Source: Felis catus (lineage: Eukaryota). Taken from it: DNA of 64,000 nucleotides. Every line of letters starts with the position of its first letter. Position 1 is the first letter of the stretch. The position numbers and the translations under genes are program-made. The notes beneath the pieces are model-generated. The model was not told where the DNA came from, searched no databases, and saw only the letters and a program-made list of their open reading frames with translations. Location of the stretch: the NCBI RefSeq assembly GCF_018350175.1, contig NC_058368.1:93498001-93562000 (forward strand). Direction: 5' to 3'. Positions 1 through 13,411 of this stretch are shown here, piece after piece.

Positions 1-1370
1 ATTCTCATGAGAATTCCAAAGAGTAGAGAATGATATGTATTTTTCCCTCCTTTCAAATGCGGAACCCTGCTGCTTACAGCATGTTGCCATGCAGTCAGAG
101 AAGGATAAGGCCAAAATGATCCCAGGGAAACTTGAGATCTGTCCCCTGGTTTGGGGAAGGGGGTGCAATGGAGACTGGTAGTCAGGCTATTCCCAAAAGA
201 AATCTGCTGGAAAGCCTGGCCCTGCCACAGCTATAGGAGACCAGTAGGGTTCCCATAGACTAAGTGTATCTCACAGGAGGTAACTGGCCTTGAGTCATCT
301 TGAGAGGACATTACCCACAAGGACTACATGCTGGGAACTGTCATCCCCAGAAGAAGGCAGGCTGGAGGTAGGGATAATATTGAAAGTACTTACTACTAAT
401 AAGACAGCAGCACCCAACAATGACACATTCCAGCAAACAGTGAAATATCCAGTACAGACCCATACTGGCTGAATATCAGCCTGGCCAACAGTGTTTCCAA
501 GGGTGCAAGAGCTGGGCAAATGGGGGTGGGTTGAAAGAGATCAGGTACTAGGGAAAGGCCCAGTGTGGGAGTCCAAGTGGGAAGGTGTTGAAAGAGCCAA
601 CCAAAGAGCCCATAAGAGAAAGCCAACATTTGGACAATACAATGAAAACTTCATATTCCCTCCCCCCGCTCCCCAGTCTGCTCTACCTTTGCACCTACCA
701 ACAACACGTAGGAGAAAAAGCAGAATAAGAACGGTACATGAACATACTACGTGGACCCTTTCCCTCTGGCCGGTCAGGAAAAGCCTGAATAAGGAACTGC
801 ACTGGAGACACACAAGAAGCTTTTGATTATGTGAGGTGGAGCTCTGACATTCATCTCATAGAGAATATTTCAAAAATTCAAAAGTAACTGGAAAACTATG
901 GAATACGTCCAGGATATTATTTAGGAACAGAAAGAGAGAGATGGGCTTAAAGGCATAAACCAGAGAAAAACTGAGTCATTTCCAGGGTATATTCATTTGT
1001 GCCCCACCCTTTCAAACAACTGATTGCAAAGCATCAAGATCTTCAGAAGTTGCCATGTAAGAATTCTGGCATTTAAAAAGATCACCCACTTTGGCCAACC
1101 AAGTAGCACACTGAGTGTACCTCTGACATGAGCCATTTCCTGCAGGACAGGTGGGAGGAGCTGGTTTCTCAATGCCACCAACACCAGGTAACAGTGTGCA
1201 TGATGTGGGAAGGATAGTTACACTCTTTACAGTGGCCAAACTACAGACCAATATTGACATCAGTCCTTGGACATGACTGATTACCTTCCATGACGTCTAA
1301 TTTCACTATGTGGAAAAGATACTCTCAGCAGGTGCTTAGGTGGAGGTAGGAGAGCGAAATCAAACAGCAT

Positions 1371-2220
1371 CCCAGAGTTTGCTTATATGGTATTTCTATT
1401 TTTAATGTTTTGAAGAATCTCCATACTGTTTTCCACAGTGGCTGTGACAGTTTGCACTCCCACCAATAGTGCAGGAGGATTCTTTTTCCTCCACAACCTC
1501 ACCAATACTTGTTGTTTCTTGTGTCTTTGATTTTAGCCATTTTGACAGGTGGGAAGTGACATCTCACTGCAGTTATGATTTGCATTTCCTTGATGAGAGT
1601 GATGTTGAACATCTTTTCATGTGTCTGTCAGCCATCTGGATGTCTTCTTTGCAAAAATGTCTATTCGAGTCCTCTGCCCATTTTCTCATCAAATTATTTG
1701 GGGCTTTTGGTATCGAGTTGTGTAAGTTCTTTATATGTTTTGGGTATTTACCCAAAGAAAACAAAAATATGAATTAGAAAAGATATATGCACCCCTATGG
1801 TTATTGCAGCATTATTTACAGTAGCCAAGATATGGAAGCAATGCAATAGATGAATGCAAGGGTCCACCGACAGGTGAATGGATAAAGAAGATGTGATACA
1901 CACACACTGTAGTATTACTCAGCCATAAAAAAAGAATCAAATCTTGCCATGCGTAACAACATGGATGGAGCTGGAGGTTGTAAGGCGAAGTTAAGACAGT
2001 CAAAGAAAGACAAATACCATACAATTTCACTCGTGGAATTTAAGAAACAAAACAAAGAAAAAAAGAGACAAAAATAAAACAGACTCTTAGATATAGAGAA
2101 CAAACTGGTGGTTGCCAAAGGAGTGAAAGTGATAAAGAGGATTAAGAGGACCCTCATCTTGATGAGCAATGACTAATGCATAGAATTGTTGAGTCATTAT
2201 ATTGTATACCTGAAAAATAA
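1371..2220 (+). mobile_element. 5'-truncated carnivore L1 with 5' inversion (1371-~1745 antisense, ~1741-2220 sense)
   Basis: Minus ORF 1573-1764 ([29 protein letters not shown]) is L1 ORF2p-like; from 1741 the + strand reads as the L1 ORF2 end and 3'UTR. Confidence 0.85.
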
Positions 2221-2224
2221 AATT

Positions 2225-2255
2225 GTGTGTATATATATGTGTGTGTGTGTGTGTG

Positions 2256-2298
<43 letters not shown>

Positions 2299-2316
2299 AT
2301 ATATATATATATATAC
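2225..2316. repeat. (TG)n/(TA)n compound microsatellite at L1 tail
   Basis: Seen directly. Confidence 0.95.
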
Positions 2317-2704
2317 GGTTTCCCCACAAAAGCCATCCCTGATTGTCTGAGAGTGAAAATGGATATAACACAGTAAAAGAAAATAGAGAAGGAGAAAAAT
2401 AGCCAGGTAATTACCATTGACCTCATTACATATGGCAAGACCAAAGTCAAAGGAATTAAAAACTCCAATTGTAAACCAGAGACAGTGTCAACAAAATGAC
2501 CAATATTAACATTTGTACTTGGAAAGATAGGTTTAGATTCCAGTGATGATAGTAAACTATTCAAGACAGTTTTCTTCCCAACAGGAGTATGACCCTATAC
2601 TCAGGAGCCCAATATCCAAAACTAGGAGAGGTCCCAGTGGGCTAAAGGCAAAATTATCTCATTATTGTAAAACAAGAGAAGTTGGAGTAAGCATAATAAT
2701 GGAA

Positions 2705-3176
2705 TACCCTTAAGAATAACCCCCCAAAATGCCCACAGCCTAGTTCCTGGAATCTTGGGCTTGTTAGGCTACATGGAGGGGGACTGAAGTTTGCAGAAGT
2801 ATTAAGATTGCTAATCAGCTGGCTTTGAGATGGGGAGATTAGCCTGGAGTATCCAGTTGGCCCAACCTTACCTCATGAGCCCTTAAAAGCAGAGGGCCCT
2901 TCCTGGCTACAGCAAGGAAGTGTCAGGATGGAAGGATGGTCAGAAAGATGCCATGTTGCTGTCTTTGAAGACAGAAGAAACAGGCACAAGCTAAGGAATG
3001 TGGGTGGCCTCTAGAAGCTGGAATAGGCAAGGAAACAGATTTTTTTTCTTACCGGCTTCAGAAAGAAACAGAGTCCTGCCTGATTTCAGCCTGAGACCTG
3101 TGTTGACCTTCTGGGCTTCAATCTAAGATCATACACTCTGTCTGAGTCAAGTTCTTACAACAGCAATAGAAAACAG
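2705..3176 (+). mobile_element. MaLR LTR, MLT1C/D-like
   Basis: Matches recalled MLT1 motifs: GAGATGGGGAGATTAGCCTGG, AAGGAATGTGGGTGGCCTCTAGAAGCTGGAA, ACAGCAATAGAAAAC. Confidence 0.8.
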
Positions 3177-4559
3177 AGGTGTGTGGTGCAAGTGACAGCC
3201 CATTTCTAGAAGCTCCCCACTAGTACTAGCGATCAGAATAAGGACTATGCATAAATCCAAAATCCAACAAATACTATGGGAGGAGAGAAGGTAATAATCA
3301 TTTTCATCGACACTACAAGAGTTCATTTTGTCTCAGTCTAGGTCTCCAAGCCAACCAGGAAAAAAGGACATAGGTCAAAAAGGAGCTGAAAACCAGAAAG
3401 GTAAGTGTAAATAAAATAAGACTCCATGATAGTTAGTATTTGAGAACAAATATAATTTATTGCTTTTTCTCGCTCTTTCCCCCACCGCCGCCCCTTTCTA
3501 GGTCACTATGGTTCTTTTATTTGTAATACTTCCTATCCTCTCTTAATTTATCCTCTCTTTCTTAATGTATAATAGAAAATCGAAGTACATTTTTGTTACG
3601 TGTTGTATTTATCAGTCCTGTCTCCTATTCTTTCAAGTTCTTTCCATGAACAGGGGCCTCAAGTCATTCTCTCCTGAGACTCAGTGTCCCTCCTGCTCAC
3701 GTGCTACTTCCTGCATGAAATCAAGACAAAGGGTAAGTGATGTGAACTGGAGGCACCCCAGGCTGGTTCCACATAAAACCATTTGAGTGAAACCTTGTCG
3801 GTATTTTCCAGAGAACAGAAGGTGACGGATTGACGTGGTAACTGATTTGCCTAGAAATCTTGCAGTGAAATGTTCTCAAAGGGGAAGATGTTCTGACCAA
3901 AATAGGAGACGTTGAAACCCTTCCCTTCCCATCACCAACCCCTACAAGCTGAAGGCCATGAAGGCTCAGTCCACTGCCTATAATCGTGCTCCTGGGTCTC
4001 GACTCTATTGCCATCAGTTCAGATCAGCCCCATCAAAACCAGATGGACCACCCGGATCCATGCTCATTAGTCATATGTTTTAAAATGAGCCCAGCTCTTA
4101 CACCCACCGGATGGTAGCAACGGAAATGATTACTCTGGGCACCATCATGTGTGACTGTGAAAGCAAGTGTTTGCTGCTAACTGATTTGCATAATGGTGGA
4201 GGACTCCCAGAGTCCTGTTTTGGGGAAGTCTTTCCTGTTTCTGCTGTTCCATATGCAGTGCCAGTTTCTAAGGGAGGGGGAGCCAGATACTGAAGCCAGT
4301 CACCCCCCCCACCCTGAGAGAACAGCACCTTCATCACCCTATACAACCTCAATCTAGTCAAATGAGCCCTTAAAAGCAGAGGGAGCACAACGTTTCCATG
4401 TCACGGGGAATGTATTCATACTGCAGGACAAGATATGAGTGCCCACTCAACTCTAAGAGGCAGGAAAGAATGATCTGATTGAAAAATATCCCTACAGCCT
4501 CATCATGACTGAATATAAAGTCATTTTCCTTTCCTTCTACCCTGCAAGCAAGTATTTTT

Positions 4560-4775
4560 TTTAATTTTTTTAAATGTTTGTTTATTTTTGAGACAACACG
4601 AGAGACAGAGTGTGAGCAGGGGAGGGGCAGACAGAAGGAGACACAGAACCTGAAGCAGGCTCCAGGCTCTGAGCTGTCAGCACAGAACCTGACGTGGGGC
4701 TTGAACTCATGAACCGTGAGATCATGACCTGAGCCGAAGTCAGACACTTAACTGACTGAGCCACTCAGGCACCCC
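4560..4775 (-). mobile_element. Felid CanSINE
   Basis: Full reverse-complement body; TSD (G/A)CAAGTATTTTT at 4548 and 4776. Confidence 0.95.
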
Positions 4776-5358
4776 ACAAGTATTTTTGTTTAATCTTCTA
4801 GACCTAATTCATGGGGAAAAAAATGAGCTATGTGTTTCAAAAGCCAATGCTCATGGGAATAAACAGTTAAAATGGGGTTTTTCCTAAATTCAAGCTAAGG
4901 AAGATTTGGGGAAGATAGAGAAAATGAAAGGTCCTGCCAGGGTCAGAGACCTGTCCTGCCTCGACACAGTGCTCCAGGAGATACCAGGACCTTCTCATAA
5001 AGCTGGTAAATAGATTCCTGGGGAACTAACCTGGAGACAAAAGCCTTCATAGGATAAGACTAGGGGTAAAACAAGTAGAATTTTATGCAGAATAACTGTC
5101 TGGCTTTAAAGGAAACACCATTTGAATAAGCAATGAACCAATAAGCAGTTTATCAACAAAAATTACTCAGAAAGTTTTCCTCCAACTTCCTGAAACTTCC
5201 CCTTCTTGTATAACTCTAGAGAGTACAAGGGGACCACCAAACATGCCTAAAATTTCATTTCTTATCAGAGAGGCAGAGAAAGACTCAAAGGAAGCCAAGT
5301 ATGATTTCACAGAGAAAAATAATAATTCAAATCGCAGCACCAGCCTCCCTGGTTACTT

Positions 5359-5591
5359 TTTTTTTTAATGTTTTCTTCATTTTTGAGAGAGAGAGAGAGA
5401 GAGCGAGCGAGCGCACATGCATGAGTGGGGGATGGAGGGATAGAGAGAGAGGGAGACACAGAAACTGAAGCAGGCTCCAGGCTCTGAACTGTCAGCACAG
5501 AGCACAACACGGGGCTCTGCCTCACGAGCCATAAGATCACCACCTGAGCCAAAGTCTGATGCTTAACAGACTGAGCCACCCAAGCGTCGCA
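5359..5591 (-). mobile_element. Felid CanSINE
   Basis: Perfect 15-bp TSD CCTCCCTGGTTACTT at 5344-5358 and 5592-5606. Confidence 0.95.
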
Positions 5592-5949
5592 CCTCCCTGG
5601 TTACTTCAACTGAAACTCTCGTACCTGCACTGCCCAATCCCCGATCTGAACAAATTCCCTTCTGGTCTCCCTCTCCTAACTCATGTTGGTGATCAGCCAA
5701 CAATCCTACATATCAACCTCGTGGACTGTACCTTCTCATTTAATTGAAATCAGTCTGTCTCTTGAGAACAAAGCATCCCTGGATAGCCTTCCCAATCAAA
5801 GCTATGCTTTGCCTCAAGTCTCATGTCGTGGTGGGCTGGTTGTCCACCCTATTTCCCATTGCCATGTCCTTTCTGTTGCATCTCTACCCTTTTACCAACC
5901 CCCTCTTCTCTGAGGCGATGCCATCTGGCTACACCACGTTGCTCCTGGC

Positions 5950-6700
5950 TCAGAACTTTCCTTCCTCTCCACCCCAACTCTTCTTATCACTTTCAGTAAG
6001 GTCAACCTACTAAGGGATGACCTCTCAGACACTCCTGGACATTCAAATTCTTGACCTCCTTATTTTGTGACTTGACTTACTTCAGCCCCCTGATCTCAGG
6101 ATCACACCATGATTGGACCCTGTTATTACCAAAATCTGTACAATTTTGACATCCCAAATGCAAACATTTCACTCCCTAGACCATCCCTCCACTAGCACAC
6201 TTAAGCTTGAGTACCACCGTTTTAGAATGTTCCAAACTCATCATGACTTCTAACCCATTGGTCCTGTAATTTTTTTCTATATCCAGACCCTCATTCTCCA
6301 TTCACTATCCTTCTCGTTCAGCTTAGATGACATGTTCCATCACAATAATCATACCTTTGCAAACACCATCAATTCTCTTGTCCCTTCTCTCCTGCCATCC
6401 TCCCTACCTGGAACAACCCCCACTCTGTAAGCAAAGCAACCACTCACCACTTGTGTGCCTGCACCTAAAGCAGTTTAATATTGCTAGAGAAATTTTAACA
6501 AACAACCAGGAAGAATGGTTTCGCTTTTAATTCATATCCTAACATCACAAATAGAATCTCAGCTACCTGGCAATTGTACTCATTTCTGTCTCAAATCACC
6601 CACCCCACTCTCAGCCTCAGATGTTGACCTTGCCTCATACTCTCATACCTCACAACATTTCCTCATCTTAAAGATTATTTTTTAAATTTTATTTATTTAT

Positions 6701-6740
<40 letters not shown>

Positions 6741-7060
6741 CAAAAGCTGGAGAGGGACAGAGAGAATCCCAAGCAGGCTCTGAGCTGTCAGCCCAGAGCC
6801 TGATGTGGGGCTTGAACTATGAGATTGTAACCTGAGCCAAGATCAAGAGTCAGATGCTTAACAAACTAAGCCACCCAGGCGCCCTATTTTCTCATCTTTA
6901 TACCACCACCTCTACAAGATCCTTATATGCAAAATTCTCCAAAGAATTGCCAGCACACACAACCTCTAAAACCTGCTTCCCATTCACTCCTCACTCCCCT
7001 GCAAATTGGCACCTTCTCCCATCTCCCTTATATGTTGTGACTGTTGATCGCTCAGAGCAA
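5950..7060 (+). mobile_element. Degenerate L2 LINE, interrupted by a SINE
   Basis: Pyrimidine-rich L2-like text such as AATCATACCTTTGCAAACACCATCAATTCTCTTGTCCC; boundaries approximate. Confidence 0.55.
6672..6884 (-). mobile_element. Felid CanSINE
   Basis: SINE body with (GA)n; TSD ATTT(C/T)CTCATCTT. Confidence 0.95.
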
Positions 7061-7476
7061 AGCTGAGAAGTTGTGTACATTCACTTAGATTTACTCTTAG
7101 AAGTACAATTCATGTCACCAGATTCCGTTTTTAATCTCCAAGTAGACAAACAACATCTGCAATTATATTATTTTTCTCCCAACATTAATGCATATTATGT
7201 ATTTTGTTCTCCTGATTGCATACATTAAGACTTCTAGCACCAATCAGAATTGGCAGTAATGAAACCAATGAGGACTGGCACCAATGATTGATTTCTGACT
7301 CTAAAGAGAAGCTTTTTGTATTATTGTTAACTACTTATTTTGAAAGAACTTCAGACTTCAGAAAGCTGCAAAAGCAGTACAAGAAACTTGCAATGCATTA
7401 TATATTTTTAACGTGTATACTTTTATACAGAGAGGGGGAAACATTAACAAACATTCGTTCTCAAAGTCAGAAATAG

Positions 7477-7679
7477 AGGGGTCCCCAGGTGACACAAACA
7501 GTTGAGCGTCCAACTCTTGGTTTCTACTCAGGTCATGATGCCACAGTTCATGCGATCAAGACCCACATTGGGCTCTGTGCTGGTGGTGTGGATCCCACTT
7601 GGGATTCTAGCTCTGTCACTTCTCTGCTCATACTCTTTCTCTCTCTCAAAATAAATAAATAAATAAACTTAAAAAAATA
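7477..7679 (+). mobile_element. Felid CanSINE
   Basis: TSD AAAGTCAGAAATA at 7463-7475 and 7680-7692. Confidence 0.9.
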
Positions 7680-7896
7680 AAAGTCAGAAATAAACAAACA
7701 GGTACACTCAGAGATGTGGTGTCCTCTCCATGCCCTCTACCCCATTCCCAACCTCCATCTGCCCCATTCTGTCCCACCCACTGTTCCTAAGTTTCCTTTT
7801 TATATAAATGAACAGAGATACACATATATTTTTTAATTTCCTCTTGTCCATGAAAGGTAGCATACTATTAATATTCTTCCACATTTTATTTTCTAC

Positions 7897-8093
7897 TTTT
7901 TAAAACCTGTTTATTTTGAGAGAGAGCATGAGCAGGGCAGAGGCAGAGAGAGAGAGGAGAGAGAGAATCCCAAGCAGGCTTTTTGTTATCAGTGCAGAGC
8001 CTGACACAAGGCTCAATCCCATGACCGTGAGTTCGTGACTTAAGCCAAAATCAAGAGTCAGACGCTTAATCAAGTGAGCCACCCAAGTGCCCC
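7897..8093 (-). mobile_element. Felid CanSINE
   Basis: Reverse-complement body ending GAGCCACCCAAGTGCCCC. Confidence 0.92.
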
Positions 8094-8585
8094 TTCTGCA
8101 TTTTCTATTCTTCATGTAGAATATACCTCCAGAGTCATACCATCCTTTTATTCATAGTGCTCCTCCCCACTGACCCTCCATTGTGTAATTGTACCGTAGC
8201 TAATTCAAGTATTCTCCTATACATATTTGTTTTCTGTATTTTGCAATTTTTAAAACACTGTCATGACTAGCCATGTGTATTTTAAGATTTGGGGATTTAT
8301 ATCTTCAGGGTAAATTTCTAGAAGTGGGATTGGCGATCAAAAGGTAAAGACATGTATAGTTTTGTTAGATTTCACCCAATTCCATTGCAAACTGGATGGG
8401 CCAACTTACATTTTCACCAAAAATGTATGAAAGTGGTTGTTTATCCACAGTCTCACCAACAGCATTTTTAGTCATACTCTTTTTAATTCTTACCAATAGA
8501 ATAGGTGAGAAATGGTATCACTGTGTACTTTTAATTTGCATTTCCATAATTATGAGTGAAATTAAAGATTTAAGAGCAATTTTGA

Positions 8586-8758
8586 GGGTGCCTGGGTGGC
8601 TCAGTCAGTTAAGGATCGGACTCTTGATTTTGGCTCAGATCATGAACCCAGGATCATGGGATCAAGCCCCCCATCAGGCTCTGCACTAAGGTTCTCTCTC
8701 TCCCTCTCTCTCTGCCCCTCTCTCCCACTGACTCGTTCTCTAAGAAAATAAATAAATA
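8586..8758 (+). mobile_element. CanSINE
   Basis: Head GGGTGCCTGGGTGGCTCAGTCAGTTAAG; TSD AAGAGCAAT. Confidence 0.92.
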
Positions 8759-9214
8759 AAGAGCAATCTTTATCTTTTTTTTGTTACTCAATGCATATCA
8801 TTGGCTCACATTCCTATCGAGATTTTGGATTTTATTCTCTCAATGTTTAAGAGTTCTATATTTAATAGAGGCATTTCCCTTTACCTACAATATATGTTGA
8901 AATATATTCTGCCAATTTATTGTCACTTATCCTTTGTTTATGGTGCTTTCCAACATACACATTTTTATTTTTATAGAGAGGAATTGATCAATATTTTTCT
9001 TTATAGACTCTGGATTTTGAATCATAGTTAGGAAACCTCTCCTTCTACCTGAGTTATAGAGATACTCACCCATTTTTGGTCTATTACTTGGCTGGCTTCA
9101 TTTTTATGTTTAAAAGGCATTTTAATATGCATTTGGGGTTTATTCTTGTGTGTGCTGTAAGGAAATGGCCTAATTTTATCTTTTCCAAAGGAATAAACAG
9201 GTGTTTTAGAACTT

Positions 9215-9340
9215 GTTTTTAAGTAGGCTCCACACCCAGCATGGAATCCAACACAGAGCTTGAACTCATGGCTCTAAGATCAAGACCTGAACTGAGATCA
9301 AGATTCAGCCACTTAACGGACTGAGTCACCCAGGTGCCCC
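9215..9340 (-). mobile_element. Short CanSINE variant lacking the CT tract
   Basis: Ends ACTGAGTCACCCAGGTGCCCC. Confidence 0.85.
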
Positions 9341-9373
9341 TAGAGCTATTTACTTAAAAGTGCACCTTGGGGA

Positions 9374-9586
9374 GGGGGCATCTGGGTGGCTAGTCAGTTA
9401 CGTGTCCAACTTTTGGTTTCAGCTTAGGTCATGATCTCAAGTTTTGTGAATTCGAGCCTCACAGCATGTTCCACCCTGAGGGTCACAGCCTGCTTGGGAT
9501 TCACTCTCTCTCCACCCCTCCCCTATTGTGTGCTCACTTGCTCTCTCTCTCTCTAAATAAATGAAAAAAAAAAAAAAAACTTAAAA
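9374..9586 (+). mobile_element. Felid CanSINE
   Basis: TSD AAAAGTGCACCTT at 9356-9368 and 9587-9599. Confidence 0.92.
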
Positions 9587-9771
9587 AAAAGTGCACCTTT
9601 GGCTTGAATTTGACTTAACTGAGATGTCACATTTGCCACATGCTTCCTTATGTACTTGAGTCTTTTACTCAAATTTTTATTTTACTAGTCTGTTTACTCA
9701 TGTACCATTATTACAGTGACTTAATTAAAGAGACTTTCTATTATGGTTGAATGTCTGATCAGATTAGTCTC

Positions 9772-10323
9772 CTAGAATTTATCCAAAGGATACAGGAGTG
9801 CTGATGCATAGGGACACATGTACCCCAATGTTTAGAGCAGCACTTTCAACAATAGCCAAATTATGGAAAGAGCCTAAATGTCTGTCAACTGACCAATGGC
9901 TAAAGAAGATGTGGTTTATATATATAATGGAATACTACTTGGCAATGAAAAAGAATGAAATCTGGCCATTTGCAACAACATGGATGGAACTGGAAGATAT
10001 TATGCTAAGTGAAATAAGTCAGTCAGAGAAAGACAGATACCATATGTTTTCACTCATATGTGGAATGTGAGAAATTTAACAGATGACCATAGGGGAAGGG
10101 AAGGTAAAATAAGATAAAAACAGAGAGGGAGGCAAACCATAAGCAACTCTTAAATATAGGGAACAAACTGAGGGCTGATGGGGGTGAAGAAAATGGGAGA
10201 CAGGCATTGAGGAGGGCATTTGTTGGGATGAGCACTGGGTGTTGCAGGTAAGTGATGAATCACAGGAATCTACTCCTGAAGCCAAGACTACACTGTATGT
10301 TAGCTAACTTGACAATAAAAAAA
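9772..10323 (+). mobile_element. 5'-truncated carnivore L1 (ORF2 C-terminus plus 3'UTR)
   Basis: ORF 9798-10070 (TCTPMFRAALSTIAKLWKEPKC...WMELEDIMLSEISQ) is the ORF2p C-terminus; TSD AGATTAGTCTC at 9761 and 10324. Confidence 0.95.
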
Positions 10324-10597
10324 AGATTAGTCTCTTATAATTTTTACTTTTTTGCTGCTTGCCTGAATATTCATTCATGTTTTCCTTTCCCAGTAACATT
10401 AGAAGCAACATAGCTATCTCCAGGGAAAAAAAAGTTATTGGTATTTTTATAGGGACTACATTAGACTCACACAGGAATTTAAGTATTCATTTAAGTGTAG
10501 GGGTGTGTCTTTTCATGTCAAGTGTAGTTTTGAGTCTTCCAAGAGGGTGTTAAAGTTCCCTCAAATAAGGTTTGCACATTTGTAACTTCTAACTCAT

Positions 10598-10795
10598 TGT
10601 GTATGTGTGTGTGTGTGTGTGTGTGCATAAGAAAGCTATTTATTTTTGTATGTTAATTTTATAACTTTTTATGTATAATTTTATGTATACATAAATTATG
10701 TATACATAATTTATACATACATACATACATATACATACATAATGTATACATAATTTATGTATACATAAATTATGTATAATTTTATGTACTTTATT
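10598..10795. repeat. (TG)n plus AT-rich palindromic low-complexity tract
   Basis: Repeated TATGTATACATA units; perfect palindromes at 10691-10714 and 10745-10778. Confidence 0.9.
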
Positions 10796-11328
10796 ACAAT
10801 TTTATTGTTTGAGTTAATTTTATCTTTGATTCTCTAAGGCTTTCCAAGTATGCTATCACATCATCTGCATATTGAAATAATTTTACCTCTTCTTTACCAA
10901 CTCTTATTCCTTAGTGGATTTTGCTTGTCTAATTGCATTGGCCAAAGTTCCAATATAATATTAACTAGTAGTGAAGATAATGGGAGTTCCCTAAGTTGTT
11001 CTGTGTTTAAAGTTGGTTACTGATACCTTTGGTAGTTAAAGGATAGCTTGCCCAGATATAAATTTTTACTTCACAATTTTTTTTTACTTTGTTGAAAAAG
11101 TTGTTCTCTTATTGCCTTGTTTTTATATTATTTTTGAGAAGACTGATACCAGTCTGACTCCTGTTTTGTTCCTTGATATTTGTGCCTGGAAGCCTCAAGG
11201 ATTTTTTATCTCTTAAATCTGTTTTTCTCACATATGTCTTAAAGTTAATTTTCCTAGATTAATTTCCATATGTATCTAGCGGGCTCTTTTAATATATAAA
11301 TCTAGATCTTTCATTTCTGAAACACTTT

Positions 11329-11595
11329 TTTTAAAATATAATTTATTGTCAACTTAGCTAACGTACAGTGTATACAGTGTGCTCTTGGCTCCAGGCGTTG
11401 ATTCCCATGATTCATCGCTTACATACAATGCCCAGTGCTCATCCCATCAAATGCCCTCTTCAATGACCATCACCCATTTTCCCCTTTCCCCCACCCCCCA
11501 TCAACCCTCAGTTTGTTCTCTGTATTTAAGAGTCTCTTATGGTTTGCCTTCCTTTGAAACTATTTTTTCTTCTTCTTTTCCCCCATAGTCTTCTG
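11329..11595 (-). mobile_element. Carnivore L1 3'UTR fragment
   Basis: Reverse complement of the 3'UTR type at 10090-10320; TSD TGAAACACTTT at 11318 and 11596. Confidence 0.9.
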
Positions 11596-12264
11596 TGAAA
11601 CACTTTCTTTGAATTACGGTTTCAAATATCAGTTTTGGTTTGTTGTTTTGTTTCCTTTTCAAGGCCTTTAATCAAACGTTTGTTCTATTTCTTCTGTCTT
11701 CCATTTCAACCACTTCCTCTCAAACTCTTTTCACTTTATCTTCATCCCATATTTATTCTCTTGGTTGCTTTCCATCTTTCTTGAATGTTCCTCATTAAAT
11801 TTCCTTTTGAGTTTATTCTCCTTTGGGCAACTTGTAATTTTGTCTTTATTTGTGAGATGATTTGGTCTTTTTATTTTCTTTTGTGAGTTTAATCAACTCT
11901 CTTCATTTCTTTATGTAGTTTTGTCTATTTCTGTTAATTTTTGTCTTTCTGATTCAAGATAGGCTATCATATCCCCCAAAGCTTATTTCAATATATTTCA
12001 TCAGTTTGGAGTGTTGCCTGATAGCTTTCTTATACTTATTGGTTGATTTTCTTATACTTCTGTGTTTCTTTGGATGGGGAAATATTCATTAGCTGAGGCA
12101 GAATTATTCTCATTTTCTGATATAGTAATTTTATACAGATCTGTTGCTTTTCCTACTCATTTTATGAATCTGAGGTGGTTTTCTAGATACCTAATTCAAA
12201 GACACCATCCTCTAAGCAAAGTCCACTTTCTCTATTGGATAGGTTGGGGTGTTTCTTTAGATAT

Positions 12265-13160
12265 TCTTTTAATTTTGAAATAATTTTAGGTTTATAGCAA
12301 AGTTGCAAAGAGCAGAGAGAGCTCCCGTATAGACCTCAGTCCGTTTCCCCGAGTGATGATTGTAAAAACTAAGAAAACAACATAGGTACATCATTTTTAA
12401 TTCAACACTAGACTTTATTTGGATTTCACCAGTTTTCCCATGACATATTTTTCTGTTCCAAGATCCAGTTCAGGTTACCACATGCCATCTACTGTCTTTC
12501 CTGTGGTCTGTGCATTTTCTCAAACTTGGCTAATTTTTCATGATCTTGACTGTGTTTAGAATGACTGGTCAGATAAACTGTAGAATGTCCCTGAATTTGG
12601 GTTTGTCCAGTGTTTTTCTCAGATTAGACTAAGTTTAACTTTAGAAAGAACCAACACAGGGTTTGGAAAGAATACCGCAAAGGTGAAGTGACTTGCTTAT
12701 CACATCACAAAGTACAGGATATCCTCACACTATCATTAGTGATGTGAAACTTGATCACTCACTTAAGGTAATATTCACCACATTTCTTTGCTGTAAAGTT
12801 ACTATTTTTCCTTTTCCATACACTATGCTTTGGAAGCAAGTCACAGAATCCAATCCACAGTCCAAAGGGAAGGTGTAAGCTGCACCCCTTGGAAAGGGGT
12901 GTCTATTATGTGGAACTCTTCTATACAAAAAGCGGTCTCTTGTCCCCAGTTTGTTTTTTATCTGATCATTTATTTATATTGGTATACATTCATCTATAGT
13001 CATCTATGTTTATATTGGTATGAACTCATCTATAACTATGGATGGTTTATAATCCAGTGCCACATCATTTATTTTTTGTGCCCCAAATACTTCAACTTTG
13101 ACCACTGATCATTTTTTCAAGTTGATTCCTGTGTCTCTTTGACATGTTTCTATCCTTTTA
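12265..13160 (-). mobile_element. Old L1MC-type 3' end
   Basis: TTTTGAAATAATTTTAGGTTTATAGCAAAGTTGCAAAG and TTCTGTTCCAAGATCCAGTTCAGG resemble the L1MC 3'UTR. Confidence 0.65.
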
Positions 13161-13411
13161 TTTTTTAGAAACTTCTGAGCACTATGTTTACTTGTTTGTG
13201 TGTTTGTTTGTTTGGGGGTATCTTATTTTATTTTGTTTGGGGAGGAGGAATTATGGTCCTGGTTTTTCCCTTTTTTCTCTTGAAGGACTGTAAATTTTCC
13301 CCTTTTCTTCTCCCTTACCACCCAGTTATTAAGCGTTCTTTCCCTTCCTTTTTGCTTCTTCCCCAAGAAACTGTGCTTTTTAAAGACTGCAACCTCATAT
13401 CATGCATATTT

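Noticed and set aside
1..1000. Possible old LTR or L1 5' region
   Set aside because: I could not match it to a family with any confidence, so it is left unannotated.
4184..4191. Octamer ATTTGCAT (also 63592)
   Set aside because: A few copies per 64 kb of AT-rich DNA are expected by chance.
3721..4388. Minus-strand ORFs of 97 and 96 aa with a possible acceptor (~4314) and donor (~4100)
   Set aside because: No recognisable protein similarity and only moderate splice signals; ORFs of this size are expected by chance.
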